Source: Octopus vulgaris
Taxonomy: Eukaryota
Assembly (NCBI GenBank): GCA_951406725.2
Contig: OX597817.1
Coordinates: 116,312,001-116,376,000 of the forward strand
Reading direction: 5' to 3'
Length of the DNA: 64,000 nucleotides
The notes beneath the pieces were generated by a model. It was not told the origin of the DNA and did not search any database. It was given only the letters and a program-made list of their open reading frames with translations. Shown here one piece after another: positions 12,857-26,999 of this stretch (position 1 is its first letter; each line of letters begins with the position of its first letter). Both the position numbers and the translations under genes were made by a program.

Positions 12857-14299
12857 GTATATATGTGTGTGTGTGTGTGTATGTGTATGTATTTATGCAC
12901 ATAATGACATATACGTGAGGGCACGCGAACACACACGCTCAAACACAAATGTATATGACTATCGATTATCAAAACCGTTCACTTTGCCGTAATCTCCAGA
13001 GTATTATGATTTATATAAACGATTGATATTTAAATGTCAGACAAACATATATTAGTTTTTGTTTAGAAATTGTATGCAGCAGCGGTGCTTGTGAATTACG
13101 TATTTTAAATAGCAGACAGCTAATGGTTCCGTTTTGTATCGTATCTTATACATTGCACTCAAATATTTATAGAGAGTTTATAAATATATTTTCACGATAC
13201 GATGTCAGCCTCTGTTGATTTTACATGTATTATGCTGCGGTATTCAATTTGATTTTCCATTGTAATAATTGATATTACCATGTAAAAAATTTCATTGTGT
13301 GGAAGTTATGATTGCTGAATTCACGAATTATATAAACCCAGTAACCGATTTAGAGTTCTAGAAAGGAATGGAACTGCTCACGAGAAAGCAACTGCAGCTC
13401 ACGAGAAAATAACTGCCTAATCTTAATGCACACAAGATTCTTATTGAAACTTCAAACTGGATTTGCTTCTCCATCATACTGACAAAGAAATTGATAAATA
13501 AACATATTGAAAACTGTATTATGAGCGCCAGGCACAAAAGCTACTACACCCTTGCATTATACAGTACTAAAAATAATTTATAGTAGGTTCTTGTTCAGTC
13601 TTTGCCGTGTTCAAATAAGTCGAACAAAGCATTTTATTTCTTGATATTAAGACGATTTCAAATTGGCCTCGTTAGTTCGGAGAAAATTCGTTTTTTGTTG
13701 TAGTTTTTACAAATAAGTTCTACTTTCAATGTTCAAAATGTGACAGGTCGGACTTTTGAGATACCCTTTTATATAAACATTTCCTATAATCTGTTTATTT
13801 TTTGCAAAATTTTGATTAGCATTTATGAAGTATTTTTTGGTTTTTCGTATTTCAGCATCATTCCATTGGATCATTTCCAGATTCTCGTTCAGTCTTCTCC
13901 TAACGACTCCTCTGTATTCTTTTAGTATCTCTGAGTACCATTCACACAACGACAAAATCATGCTATACAATCATGCTACAGAAAATCAAAGAGGAGGAAC
14001 TTGTCATATAAAACAAAGATAGTCACCATGAATTTCTCTGTCGATGGCTGGCTCTTGAACTATTAAGGCCTTATGTGGACTGAGTTTCTAGTTCTTAATC
14101 TTAAAGGGACGGCCACGTGTCGAACAATATAAAGATGAGGAACACAACTCTAATACAGAATTCAGAGGCAGCTATTGTGAACAATGATGGCATTGATATA
14201 AAATGAAGCATTTTCAAGCTGATTTTCTATCGCTAATACGCTTTTTCGTGGCTCTGGTAGTAATCTGTAAAATGACACGTGATATGACAAGAACATATA

Positions 14300-14810
14300 T
14301 GATAGATGAACCGATCACTTTTAGATGAATGATTTAAGGCTTTTGCGAAAGGCGATCGACGTCCGAGTAAAGCAATTTAGTGATAACATTGGAATGAAAT
14401 TTGTTCTTTATAAATGTATTATAGTCATGCTCTTCAAAGGCTCTGCACCCCCACAAAAAAGGAAAGAAAAAACAAAACAAAAAAACATATATTCAAGTAA
14501 TTAGACCCTGAAGAAAACTACAAATATTTAGGTGTGTGAGGAAACGTTGTCAATCTTCCACAAATGCACAAGAATATATGGGAATAATGTTCACGTAGAT
14601 CGTATACTTAACGGGAAAAATAATATTGATGTCATCAATAATCTGGCTATAACCGTTAGCTATAGACTTATTGTTGTAAAATGGTCTCTCGGTGAGAATC
14701 ATATAGTCGATTACAAGTTTCTTACAATGAGCCACATACATCACGCAAAGATATACGTAAACGAAAAGATGGATGATGTGGAAATGTGCAGCAGCAACTG
14801 TCTCTAAAAA
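14300..14810 (+). mobile_element. Decayed R4/Dong-type LINE RT fragment
   Basis: HF*MNDLRL (HLLYMDDLKL position), VKQFSDNIGMKFVLYKC, NYKYLGV, LNGKNNIDVINNLA, FLTMSHIHHAK. Confidence 0.75.
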
Positions 14811-14993
14811 CAGCGACCAAATAACACTAATGAATGGATGCTTCATGTTATCTGCAAGTATTAAACTACCCAAAAATTTACACTCGATATAGACAGGATT
14901 TTATGCAAACATGCTTACCTATATACATACATACATACAAACGTAGTATACACACACATACACACATATTCATGGATATATACATGTATACAA

Positions 14994-15028
<35 letters not shown>

Positions 15029-15073
15029 CATATATATACCCATGTACATATATATATATATATATAATGTATC

Positions 15074-15106
<33 letters not shown>

Positions 15107-15224
15107 ATGTGTGTATATATATATACATGTATATGTTTATATATATGTATATATATATATACATATATATATACATATATACATACATACATACACACAC
15201 ACTTCTATATATATATATAAATAT

Positions 15225-15600
15225 AATATTATATTATATTAAATTAGAGATAAAACCGCTATTAGGCAAATCAAGCAGTGAAAAACATAAGCCAATACAT
15301 AGAATTAATTTTAAAATATAAAAGTTAAAAATAAAAAATTATTTAAATAATTTAAACTTATAAATTTTATATATATATACAAATATATGTATATATGTAT
15401 GTATGTATATTTTTATATTTATATATTATTTTATTTATTAATTAATTTATTTATAAATATATATATTTTTAAATATCAAAATTATTAAAACTTTATCTTT
15501 TATTAAACTTTTAATACTTTTGATATTTAAAAATATATATATATATATAAATAAATAAATTAATTAATTAATAAATAAAATTATATATAAATATAAAAAT

Positions 15601-15640
<40 letters not shown>

Positions 15641-15890
15641 CTGTATATATATATATAAAATTTATAATTTCAAATTATTTAAATAATTTTTTATTTTTAA
15701 CTTTTATATTTTTAAATTAATTATACGTATTGGCTTATGTTTTTCACCGTTTGATTTGCCTAATTGTGGTTTTATCTCTAATTTAATATAATATAATATA
15801 ATATATTTATACTATAAATTTCGATTTAATCCTAAATCTAATTTTTCCCTTCAAGTTTGGATTTATTCCTTAATATTATTATTATATATA
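15225..15890. repeat. Long AT-rich palindrome (family P) with one-sided tail, flanked by (TA)n
   Basis: aattagagataaaaccgctattaggcaaatcaagcagtgaaaaacataagccaatac (15242-) pairs with gtattggcttatgtttttcaccgtttgatttgcctaattgtggttttatctctaatt (-15783); centre ~15500. The tail matches 40650-40730 and the reverse complement of 45775-45840. Confidence 0.9.
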
Positions 15891-15905
15891 TAAATATATA
15901 CACAC

Positions 15906-16190
15906 ATTATAATATTAAGGACTCTTACTGTGCGTAAAAGCCACACATGCTTCGATATCGAGGGACTGAAAACTAGGAGAAAGTCCTTCAATAAAAATAA
16001 GGTTTAGTCGCATACCATTAATGAATTCGTGGTCACCATGTATTGCCATGTACTCCACTCATCATTTGTTTTTGAAGGAATTTCTCTTACACGATGTCAG
16101 CGCGTCTGTGTACTTATTGAAGTAGTTTTAAGTAGTCCCATTAAAGCGTGTGGCCTTTACGCACAGTAATAGCCATTAATATTATAATGC
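15906..16190. repeat. Inverted repeat (fold-back)
   Basis: attataatattaa..ttactgtgcgtaaaagccacac pairs with gtgtggcctttacgcacagtaa..ttaatattataat. Confidence 0.85.
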
Positions 16191-16204
16191 ATTTTATATA
16201 TAAC

Positions 16205-16300
16205 GACAAAATATATTCCTCGTATTAATTTTTCCTTAATTGGTTTATACGCTAGCTACTCGATATAATCTTATATAAATTTTATCCTCATATTTAATTT

Positions 16301-16375
<75 letters not shown>

Positions 16376-16462
16376 ACTTGTTTCAGTTCGCTGCTTGTAC
16401 AAATTAGGCATACGCTTGAGTGTGTATATATATACTTAGATGCATACATACATACGTGTATA

Positions 16463-16503
<41 letters not shown>

Positions 16504-16506
16504 ATG

Positions 16507-16591
<85 letters not shown>

Positions 16592-16810
16592 AGTTGAAGA
16601 AGCCTGTCAAGAACCTTTCGATTCAAAGCCGAAGGGTTGGTACTTTGAGCAAATCCGAAAGCTTGCACATCGTTGGCAGAATGTCGTGGAAAATGATTAT
16701 CTTTATTTTGTAAATAAAATATGAGGATAAAAATCTATATAAGATTTTATCGTGTAGCCAGCGAGTAAAGCAATTAACGAAAAAAAAGATAATACGATTT
16801 ATATTATTTC
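16205..16810. repeat. Inverted repeat with ~100-bp arms enclosing microsatellites
   Basis: gctagctactcgatataatcttatataaattttatcctcatatttaatttacaaa pairs with tttgtaaataaaatatgaggataaaaatctatataagattttatcgtgtagccagc. Confidence 0.85.
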
Positions 16811-17200
16811 AGATGTATAGCAATATATTTCGATAGTTGTAGATTCTATTTACATACTTATTTTTTGCCTTTATAATTTTGTTGTTTTTTAATTGAAATT
16901 GTTATGTGGTTGAAAAGTTAACGCTCACGTTCATATTACATTAGCATTTGAATTACTTTTTTACAATCCAGCTGTCCTTTCTCAGGGAATTTTGTCTATC
17001 TCTAAACCATAGCTCTGGTGGGATTTATATAAGTGAACAGAATAGTTTATAAATTTAAAAAATGTATATAAGTCGAAACAAAATGTTGGATCTTTTGTGT
17101 TTTTAATGATTTTTACCTTATATTATAGTATATTACATTATTTTATAATATAAATAAATTATTGGATTGTCAACTAAATCTCTCTATATCATCTATTGTT

Positions 17201-17284
<84 letters not shown>

Positions 17285-17852
17285 AAGGCAAATGTATGAT
17301 AGCAATCTGTATATCGTACTTCTGAAAATACGTTCCCGAAATCAAAATTAAAGGACGCACTCTTTTAAATTGCAAAATCGATCAATAGCAGACAAAAATG
17401 GTCAAGCCACATTTTTGGGGTTACTTGATATGATTTCTGGTGTTTTCGGTTTTGAGAAAAGCAAGTAGCATTCAAAGACAATATCCAGCATTCCAAGACA
17501 TATAAAGCATTCTAAGACAATATCCAGCATCGCTTATATAGCAAAACAGTATTTGAAAAATAACAGCCGCCTGCTGGATATAATGTTATTATGTTACTGT
17601 TCTTGTTGCGTATAACGAATCTTATTCAGCATGCCGGCTAATTTCAAAATCAGTAAATTTTCGATCGCTGTTTTCTATAATAGTGACAGTGGATGTTATC
17701 TTACTCCATTGTTACTAATCGGTGCTTGCTACTGACTAAATCCACAACTCAGAAATGTGCACATAGCAATAGCACCACTGCTACTGAACGAGTTACATCT
17801 GCTGCTGATTATTGTTTTCTTGATTTATAACGCAGAATGTCTATAAAAGCTA

Positions 17853-18140
17853 TTATTTAAGGACGAACTCTTCCTTGTCCATCATTTCATCTGCATTTAC
17901 ACCCATATCTTTCACGGAATATTGCAGCAGGACTTTGTCACTATTTACCAAATACTCGGCAAGCAATCTCCTTTCCCTCCTTATACAATGATCTATATTA
18001 ATTAGTCCTCTGCTACCATTCATTCTTTTCATATACAGTCTGCTAACTTTTGCTTTAGGGTGTAGCGCCTCATACAGAGTCATCAACTTCCACGTCCGTC
18101 TATCCGGTGTTGGTATTTCCTCCTTAGTCCATTAATAGGG
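17853..18140 (-). mobile_element. R4/Dong-type LINE fragment (post-RT region) abutting (AAT)n
   Basis: WTKEEI..DRRTWKLMTLYEALHPKAKVSRLYMKRMNGSRGLINI matches the HPKADVDRLY..RxxGGRGL signature. Confidence 0.8.
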
Positions 18141-18166
18141 TTATTAATATTATTATTATTATTATA

Positions 18167-18233
<67 letters not shown>

Positions 18234-18280
18234 TTATTACTATTATTATTATTATTAGCATTATTATTACTACTACTACT

Positions 18281-18348
<68 letters not shown>

Positions 18349-18379
18349 CATTATTATTATTATTATTACTATTACTATT

Positions 18380-18459
<80 letters not shown>

Positions 18460-18466
18460 TACTATT

Positions 18467-18531
<65 letters not shown>

Positions 18532-18532
18532 T
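18140..18532. repeat. Compound (TTA)n/(TCA)n microsatellite
   Basis: Directly visible; source of the poly-N/D and poly-I/M pseudo-ORFs. Confidence 0.95.
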
Positions 18533-18700
18533 ATATGTTTGAGTTTTGCTTTGTATTTGTACAAGTTGACTCCAAGTCTCACCTAGAGACATCAAGAGAC
18601 AACAAGTTAGAAGTTCATGCAGGTGTTATGACTAGGGGGTCATATATTTGGTTTTGCACAAGTACTGTTGAAGAGAATGTCTAAGAAAACAAGAAAATTA
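18532..18700 (-). mobile_element. 3' UTR of R4/Dong-type LINE ending in (AAT)n
   Basis: Reverse complement matches 58790-58877 (tcttga.gtctct.ggtgagac.tggag.caacttgtacaaat). Confidence 0.8.
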
Positions 18701-19099
18701 TCAGTTTGTTTTAAAATTTGAGATTACAAAGACTGTATTTGGCTTCCGTCTGTACTTGCATGAAGTATGATACAAAAGTTGCTACTTTCAAGTACTACTT
18801 CTTCTCTCTCTCTCTGTCTCGCACACACACACACTCACAATCATGCATGCACATATATACTTATGCACAACTAGTTATGCATAAATACCGAGAGAGACAG
18901 CGAAAGGCAGGTAGATAATCAGAGATATAGATATAGACATATATATAAATTCTTATATATGAATGTATATGACTGTGTTCTTGTATGCATAGCATATGTA
19001 CATATATATATATACACATATACATGCATACATACGTATTATACATATATATAAATACGTGAACACACACACACACATGCACACACACATATACAGATA

Positions 19100-19130
<31 letters not shown>

Positions 19131-19807
19131 GCATACTTAATCTCTCGAGTCCTATTTAACACATTTATGTGTATGAAAGTAGCATATCTAAGTAATCACA
19201 TCAATAAATGGTGCCAGAAATAAGAGATAAAGAAAAATGGTTTATCAATTGTGAATAAATCAAATCATTTATAAAAAGGGAACTCTGTATCTATGAGTCA
19301 TTGAGATGGAAGCCATCTATCAATTGCAATTTGCACTGATTAATGGTTTTTCCATCGAATTATTTATAATTCTTCATTACATTTGTTTTTCTTCCACTAG
19401 TTAAGTATTCTTTAACGCACATTGAAGACTATTATATTAATTTCTCTAACATTTAAGTTATACGCAATTGTGCTTATATATCTAATACAATGAGACAAAA
19501 ATGTATTCTCTATGAACGTCATTCGTACTCATAATAAATATAAAAAGTCGTTAGCATTTAAATCCTTTCCGTTGAGACAATTGTACAATAAAGTTTAACC
19601 GAAATTATAAGAGTTAAAGTGGGGAAAGTTAGATTCCTTTTTCCTATCTAAGGTAGCATATCGGTCACCTTAGACAAAGCGGAAGGGTGAGCCTTATATT
19701 ATCGACTCCCAAAAAAGGACACTAGCCGGAGGTCCCACGCATTATGACTCGGAAATATGTTTGGAAATCTAACTTCTTAAAGCAGTCACGCGTGCACCTA
19801 TTATATA

Positions 19808-19868
<61 letters not shown>

Positions 19869-20107
19869 TTAAATATGGGATAAAATCTTTATAATAATTC
19901 ATCAAGTGGTTAGCGTGAAAAATCTCATAAGGGAAAAATGTATTACTTATTCCCTATAAATATATTTATATATATTAAGGGCATTACTATACATAAATGC
20001 CTCACGCTAGGAGGGACTCTTAAAGTCAAAACTACTATGATAATCACATTGCACGGAACGCAAGGGAATGCAACTCTCGAAGCGAGTCTCCTAAAAACAG
20101 ACTCAGC

Positions 20108-20246
<139 letters not shown>

Positions 20247-20522
20247 ACATACACCCGTGCGCATTATCACACACAGAGACAAAAATGACTTTAAATAATC
20301 ATATACTTTGGTATGTATAATTTCATGTCCTCGATTTTCGTACAGAGCAACCGTTTATTCAAACGTGAAAAGTAGTGTATAAAACTAGTATATTTGTCCA
20401 GTATATTTACTAACGATTCAATGATCTCTTCCACAAGACTCTGTATATAATGTATACAATGCAATGTAGAGTGTGAATGAGTGATAGAAGATCTCAACAG
20501 AGTTTTGCACTTTGGTTTAGTC

Positions 20523-20524
<2 letters not shown>

Positions 20525-20582
<58 letters not shown>

Positions 20583-20685
20583 CATTATTATTATTATTAT
20601 TATTATTATCATTATTATTATTATCATTATTATTGTTATTATTATTATTGTTATTTTTGTTGTTGTTGTTATTATTATTATTATC
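20525..20685. repeat. (TTA)n microsatellite
   Basis: Directly visible. Confidence 0.95.
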
Positions 20686-21119
20686 ATTTCAATTACTTGA
20701 AATTTGAGGTTGAACAACTATATACTCAAAGTATATTGAACTGTTACCATCTGATTAATTATGAAATCTATATTATTCCATTTCGAAGACATTCTACTCT
20801 CTTTGTGCTTAACATTTGATATATCTTTCAAGCAATCCATCGACAGAATAGAGGCTATGATTTTACTCATATGTTCTCTTCCTAATTAGTGCAATATAGA
20901 GTTAAAGTTATATTATGCACATTGTAAATAAAATTGTACTTATTATTCTGATGACTGAAATCATTATTATCTGAAAGTTACAATAGTTTGTCTATGAAGT
21001 AAATTCAATGCAAATTAAATTCATGTAAAAATACTTTTGGATCTTTGAATTAGAAAACTACGATAACTTTATATACGGAATTTCAAAATTGTTGTTTAAT
21101 TGTAATTTCATACTAATAA

Positions 21120-21310
21120 TGGTTTCCAAGTTTGGCGCGTGCCTATCAATTTTGAGAGAAGAGATAAATTGATTACCTCGAAATCAATAGTTAACTGTTA
21201 CTTATTTTATCAATTCGATCTCGGAGGAATTTGAGCTAAGGACGTAAACCAAACGAAATGCTACTAAGCATTTTGCCCGACATGCTAGCGATCCCACCAG
21301 CTCATCACCT
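21120..21310 (-). mobile_element. SINE family B copy (decayed)
   Basis: ctcggaggaatttgagct...gaaatgctactaagcattttgcccgacatgctagcgatcccaccagctc is the reverse complement of the family B head. Confidence 0.7.
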
Positions 21311-22926
21311 TTAATTCGTAGTGATAATACCATACAAACTGTACTACCAGACACACATAAGTAATCGGAATGCTTATCTATCTAGAGACTCGAGCTTTAG
21401 GCCGTATTGAACTTACGATAAGAACTTTTATCCTTTTCATTGGTGGTTTATTAATATTCCTTTTTTAGGATATAAATTCTTGTTTGAGCCCGAAAACTTC
21501 TTGCTTTTGTTATGTATCGTGTTATTTGTTATGTATAATGTTGTGTTGAATATTTTGCATTTACATATTGATGAGAGGAGAATATGCATTACTTTGTTCC
21601 TTGTTATGAATTTATATGTTAGTTTTTGTTCAGCTTTGTAGGTTGTTTTGGTATGTATCTGATTATTCTTGTAAGTATTGTTGCTATTGTAGAAATGATC
21701 TACAAGGGAAATTTTACCTTTTCTCAAGACAAAATAATATTGATGTGCGATGGGATTTATCTGTAAAATTAATTAATTACATATCTATTTATTGAGGGGT
21801 TTCTAATATTATAAGTAGTTGCCCATGATTCATTGTTAATATATCTGGAATTTTCTTTTGGTCGTGAATGAATGTTTCCTTGATGTAGCTTGTTGAGATT
21901 GTTAAATTAGTTTTGTTATTTTGTTGGTAATATATATTTTCTAACTGTGCAATTTTGGTTATTCTGCTTATGTGTATCTGTGCGAACATGAGTTTGTGAC
22001 GGATTTTCTTTAGAAATCTCTTACTAAATGCGTGACTTCGTGAATATATAAAAGGATGAGTAGATCAGGAAATGTATTTGGAATTTTTATTTCGTCAGTA
22101 TGGATGGATGTGATTTTATGCCTTACTGATATTTTTCTTTAATTAATTATAAATGCTTGAATAATCCATTGAATAGCTAGTTATCGTTTGAATCATAGCG
22201 TTTAAGGTGAGTTGGTTTGTGTGCGTCTGTGAATGTTTGTGTTGTAACCACTGCTAGATTTTGTCTTCTGTGTTCTCCTTGTTTATATACGTAAGTGAAG
22301 ATTTGTTGTTTCTTTTATTTGTATTTGTGTAAGTAAAATTGATACGTAGCCTGTAATATGCCATTTTCTTCCGCTATGGATGATATTGCTTCGTTTAATA
22401 AATCTGTAGGAATTTGCACTAAAATATACACGCACAAAATCATGGAATTTTAATACGTATGGACATTGTTAAGGTATAAGCCATGACGTTAGCGATAGAG
22501 TAGACAAGAAAAGACTATAATAAATCTCATTTCGTTTACTTTGCTTCGTTATTCCATACCTATATTTGCATCTATGTAAATATATACATGAAACTAATTT
22601 GCTTTTATCTGCCTTTCTATTTCCATAGAATATCGATGAGTACCGTCCTTATAGCTTCCTTTACACACAGGAGTAACCAACCCTAAACGAAGGAGTTGGA
22701 TATTAATTTCTTATCAAAGCAACTGTGGATATCTATACCACACTTACTTCACATCCTCTCACATGCGGCTCATACGCTTACATACATTTACTCACTCACA
22801 CACACACACACACAAATACACACACACATACACAAGCACACGCATACATATACATGCATTTACACACATTCATATATACATACACGTATATATATACATA
22901 CATATATATATACATACATATATACA

Positions 22927-22967
<41 letters not shown>

Positions 22968-23169
22968 CATATATTTGCGGAGTACTAGTTTGCTGCCTTT
23001 TATGTGTTTGTTTTTATTACCATTTTAATTGCTTTCCAGCATTCTGGCGGATTATATCACCTTACAAAGTACTCTAGATTGTAAAATGATATGTTTTCCC
23101 GAAAACTAGATGACAGCTGTTTCTTTTCCTCTTCATATACCACAAAATTGATTGGTTATTATCTTTTAA

Positions 23170-23305
23170 TATAAGGTTGTTCCAAAAGTTCCTAAAAACT
23201 TTGCGAAAATTTGAATTGTTATGCAATTTTTAATTGTTTGTTTGGGTTTATATTGTTATAGTCAATTTTCGCAAGTGTTTACAAATTTTTGGGACAACCT
23301 AATAT
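23170..23305. mobile_element. Mariner-type MITE (~135 bp)
   Basis: TIRs taaggttgttccaaaagttcctaaaaactttgcgaaaatt and aattttcgcaagtgtttacaaatttttgggacaaccta, with TA flanks. Confidence 0.75.
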
Positions 23306-23980
23306 AACAATTTTTACATATTTTTAGAAAGTTGCTATTTCGCCGCTGCACTGGGATATAATCAACTTCTAGAGGGTTAAAGACTTGCAAAATCATCATT
23401 TACTTTTAAATAATACTGTATTCATTTGAAATGCACAACTACATGAATATGAAGATTATGTGATAATATTAGCAGTTATAAATTTAAAATATAGTTTAAG
23501 TATTGTTTTTCAACTGCTTTCAATTAACTTTGCGTGTTTTGAATAACAAATGCAAAGCGATATCTAGCAAAATATCATAATGTATGGGGGTGGAACATAC
23601 GGATGCAAACATTTGTATTTTTGATCACCTTAAACAAAGATAGGTTTGTTAATATTATTCTAAATTCTAATCACAAATACCCCGCCAAGAGGTTACCATT
23701 ATATCTCACCTCTCTTTATACATTATTATTTCTATATTAAATTAAAACGTCGTCATGAATGAGAATAAGACAAAAATAATAACTCGCATATGAATAGACA
23801 TATAGTTTCAAGAAATACACATCCTTAATTATATTTTGCCTCGATGTAGAACGAAACGACAAATACAGCATTTTAAAAAATAAATTATATTCAGTAACAT
23901 CGCATTGTATCAATTTAGTATATGAGTCTTTGGTTCATATACACACACATACATTCACATTCATATACATATGTATGTAG

Positions 23981-24026
<46 letters not shown>

Positions 24027-24714
24027 ACATAATTACACACAGAAACATATACCTACACACATGATGGCTGCAAACTTGTGTTCGTGTATTGCCATCACCT
24101 GACTGAAGGTCCCACACACGCGAAAGGTACGACCAGCCATTTTTGAGATAGGTCTTGGACATTTGTCAAGCGATACATGTGTATGAAGATTTTTTAATAG
24201 TGGGGAAGGATTTGCACAAATTCCGTCTCATTCTATAAACATGGGCAACATAAACGCGAAAAGAAGAACTAGTCAACATCATCGAATATTGTCAATGTCG
24301 CAGGTTTTTTCTCAGAATTTCCCTCTCCTAGAGAGATGTTCTGGTAACAGTAGAGGGGCCTCCAACTCCAAGTGGGCCACAGAGCACCTGGACACCAATC
24401 CAGGTACTTCCACATCCCTGCGCATACATACATGCATACATACACATGTACATATAACTTTAGATGGATGTTGACTCCTCATGAGACCTTATACCCTTTG
24501 AGAGGTCTATTTTTCGCCTTGCAGGGTGTCCAACAATCACTCTCTCCACCGAGCAAGCTTGATAGGGTAGCGAGTTTAGTCGCCGATGACCCGGCCATAA
24601 AACATGTTGTACTGGGTTACATGTTACCAGTAATCCCAAGAGATACTCACACACACACACGCGCGCGCGCGCATATGGTATAGCGCATATGGTATAGTGT
24701 ATATATAGTGTTTA

Positions 24715-24938
24715 AGGCGGCGAACTGGCAGAAACGTTAGCACGCCGGGCGAAATGCGTAGCCGTATTTCGTCTGCCGTTACGTTCTGAGTTCAAATTCC
24801 GCCGAGGTCGACTTTGCCTTTCACCCTTTCGGGGTCGATAAATTAAGTACCAGTTACGCTCTGGGGTCGATATAATCGACTTAATCCGTTTGTCCCCTCT
24901 GTGTTTATCCCCTTGTGGGTAGTAAAAAAAATAGGTAT
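24715..24938 (+). mobile_element. SINE family B, near full-length
   Basis: aggcggcgaactggcagaaacgttagcacgccggg...gagttcaaattcc (box B)...ccccttgtgggtagtaaa; near-identical to 10310-10545. Confidence 0.92.
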
Positions 24939-26089
24939 AGTGTATATGTGTGCGCGGGGCCATGTTACTCGCGTTATATTTTAAAGAACCGGATAACCTC
25001 ATCTTTACATTTTCGCTATTTTATTCAAAAACCCTCGTAATTCTGATAGGTCTTGTTGAAGGAAAATTAATGTAGACCTCAAATTTATCGTTTTCATCAT
25101 TTGTCGCCAAGCAGTTAAGAAACTTGTTTTGTAGTCACAACGTCCCATTTTCGATTTGACTATATGATCATTTAGATGCTTCCACCATGAAGCCGTCAGG
25201 ACTTATGATTTGTGAATGAAAAGGGTTCAAATAAAAATATGTTATGAGATCAATTTCACATGCCATTGAATGACCCGACTTTGTTGCACATTAGAACATA
25301 CTGATTTTACAAAATATTTACATTTTGGGTAAGAATGTCTGAGACACATTCTGTCATTCGAACGATAATTTTGTTTATAGGCAGTTCATTCAATCAAGTA
25401 ATTGGAATACTGACTTTTCGGAAGCAAACACATACCTTTATATTTTAATAGATTTCGTATAAAATGAAATTATGTGTTTATTTGTAAAATTTTCATGAAA
25501 GGTGGCATTCATGTTCTACCCAATTTAATTTCGGATCGAACAAATTTTTTTCTTGCATTTGAAAGGTGAAAGTAATTCGGAATGATGTTCTGCATTTAAA
25601 TTTCAATATTCAGCAGGAAATGTTAAAACAATAATATTATCTTGTAAGAAATAAAAAATGGATTATTACGGGTATCTTACAAATTAAATATTGCAGACAT
25701 ATACTGACAAATACTGGCGTTTTACAGTACTATCCTAATTGAAAGTAAATCTGATTATACGTCGGCCGATATAGGTGCATCATAGACTAAAATAAGAAAT
25801 ATTTTTTAAAAGATATTTCGCAATAATGCTGTTGAAGATAACCAGTTCAAACATTAAATCTAAAACTATTTTACCATTGCAATTTTATTATCATTTGTAT
25901 TAGAAAGCAGAAAAGATTCACACATTTGGTGTGAAGGTGAAGTAAATTAATTTGGGAATCTTTAGCTGACATTCAGTATAAAGAGGCATTGTAATGAACC
26001 TGATTAACTATTTTAAAGTAATATTAAAATCCTTCAGTCTGACGATTTCTTATTATGTTATATGTACAGTACATGTCTGTATAGGTAGT

Positions 26090-26460
26090 ACTTCAGGGAG
26101 TGACGACCCTGCTTGACACGAATCCCGGGCTCAGCTGGCTCCGGCTGACAGTACCCGGTTACCGGGGTAACGGAAAGGGGACAACCTTCAAATAAATCCG
26201 GAGTAGAGCCCTGTAGGCGGTTTAGTGTTCGACTCGACACTCTTCCGGCAGCTCCTGCAACCAATCTGGTGCAAAAACTTAATGCTCTGAACTCCTTTGG
26301 GCATCGTCAGCAAGGTAGAGAGAGGAATCCTGACGATTGGGATACCCAGGATTTTCTTACATTTAGCCCAGGCCTGCGGAAAAGTGGAGAGGAAACTGGA
26401 GAGGGCATGAAATGTAACCAGTCTGGAGTACTTTATGCGCAACTACATTTTCTCCCGAGA
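26090..26460 (+). mobile_element. GC-rich repeat resembling an RTE-LINE 5' UTR
   Basis: aaatccggagtagagccc...ccggcagctcctgcaaccaatctggtgc resembles RTE 5' regions from memory. No ORF. Confidence 0.4.
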
Positions 26461-26999
26461 AAAAAGAATGCCAACATCTCTGTAAGAGATCTGCTAAAAT
26501 ATAACCTCCCATTCATAGAACCACTACTATATTTATTTATCTGTCGATATAAGAATTTCTTTCATTACTGCACTTAATACACACATAAAACGCACACACA
26601 CACACACACGCACGCACAAATGCACACACACACACATTTAAATTTAAATATATATTTTTACCCACAAATTCACACGCATACACACAGACATAAATAAACA
26701 CTTACATATAGATATACGAAGGCACATATGTACTGAACCACCAAAGAAACGTGAAATGTGTGTGACTGTGAAATATGTTTTAATTTTATTATGTCAGAGA
26801 TAAATATCTATAAATCAGATGAAGTCAATTTCCTGGTTGCACTTTGACCAAAGTCTATGGCAAGGTTTCGATATCGGCTTCAATGTTCGTAAGATACACA
26901 CTTTTCTCGAATTTCTCCTTTAGTTTACGAAATTGCGCTTAGCTACCAATAAGACATCTCATATCTTGGGGATACTTCATATATGTGCATCATATGTTC

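Noticed and set aside
16590-16680. TTGAAGAAG...CCGAAAGCTT hammerhead-like remnant
   Set aside because: The core is mutated and helices I and II do not pair convincingly; at most a very decayed copy.
17467-17531. Three ~20-bp direct repeats (agcatt..aagaca) as a CRISPR-like array
   Set aside because: No unique spacers, no cas genes and a eukaryotic context; a simple minisatellite.
21420-22380. Strand-asymmetric A-rich stretch with short ORFs as a retroelement or gene
   Set aside because: No recognisable motif; possibly decayed PLE sequence but not supportable.
24440-24650. Possible HDV-like ribozyme in an RTE-like 5' region
   Set aside because: I could not assemble the nested double pseudoknot by eye; it would need a descriptor search.
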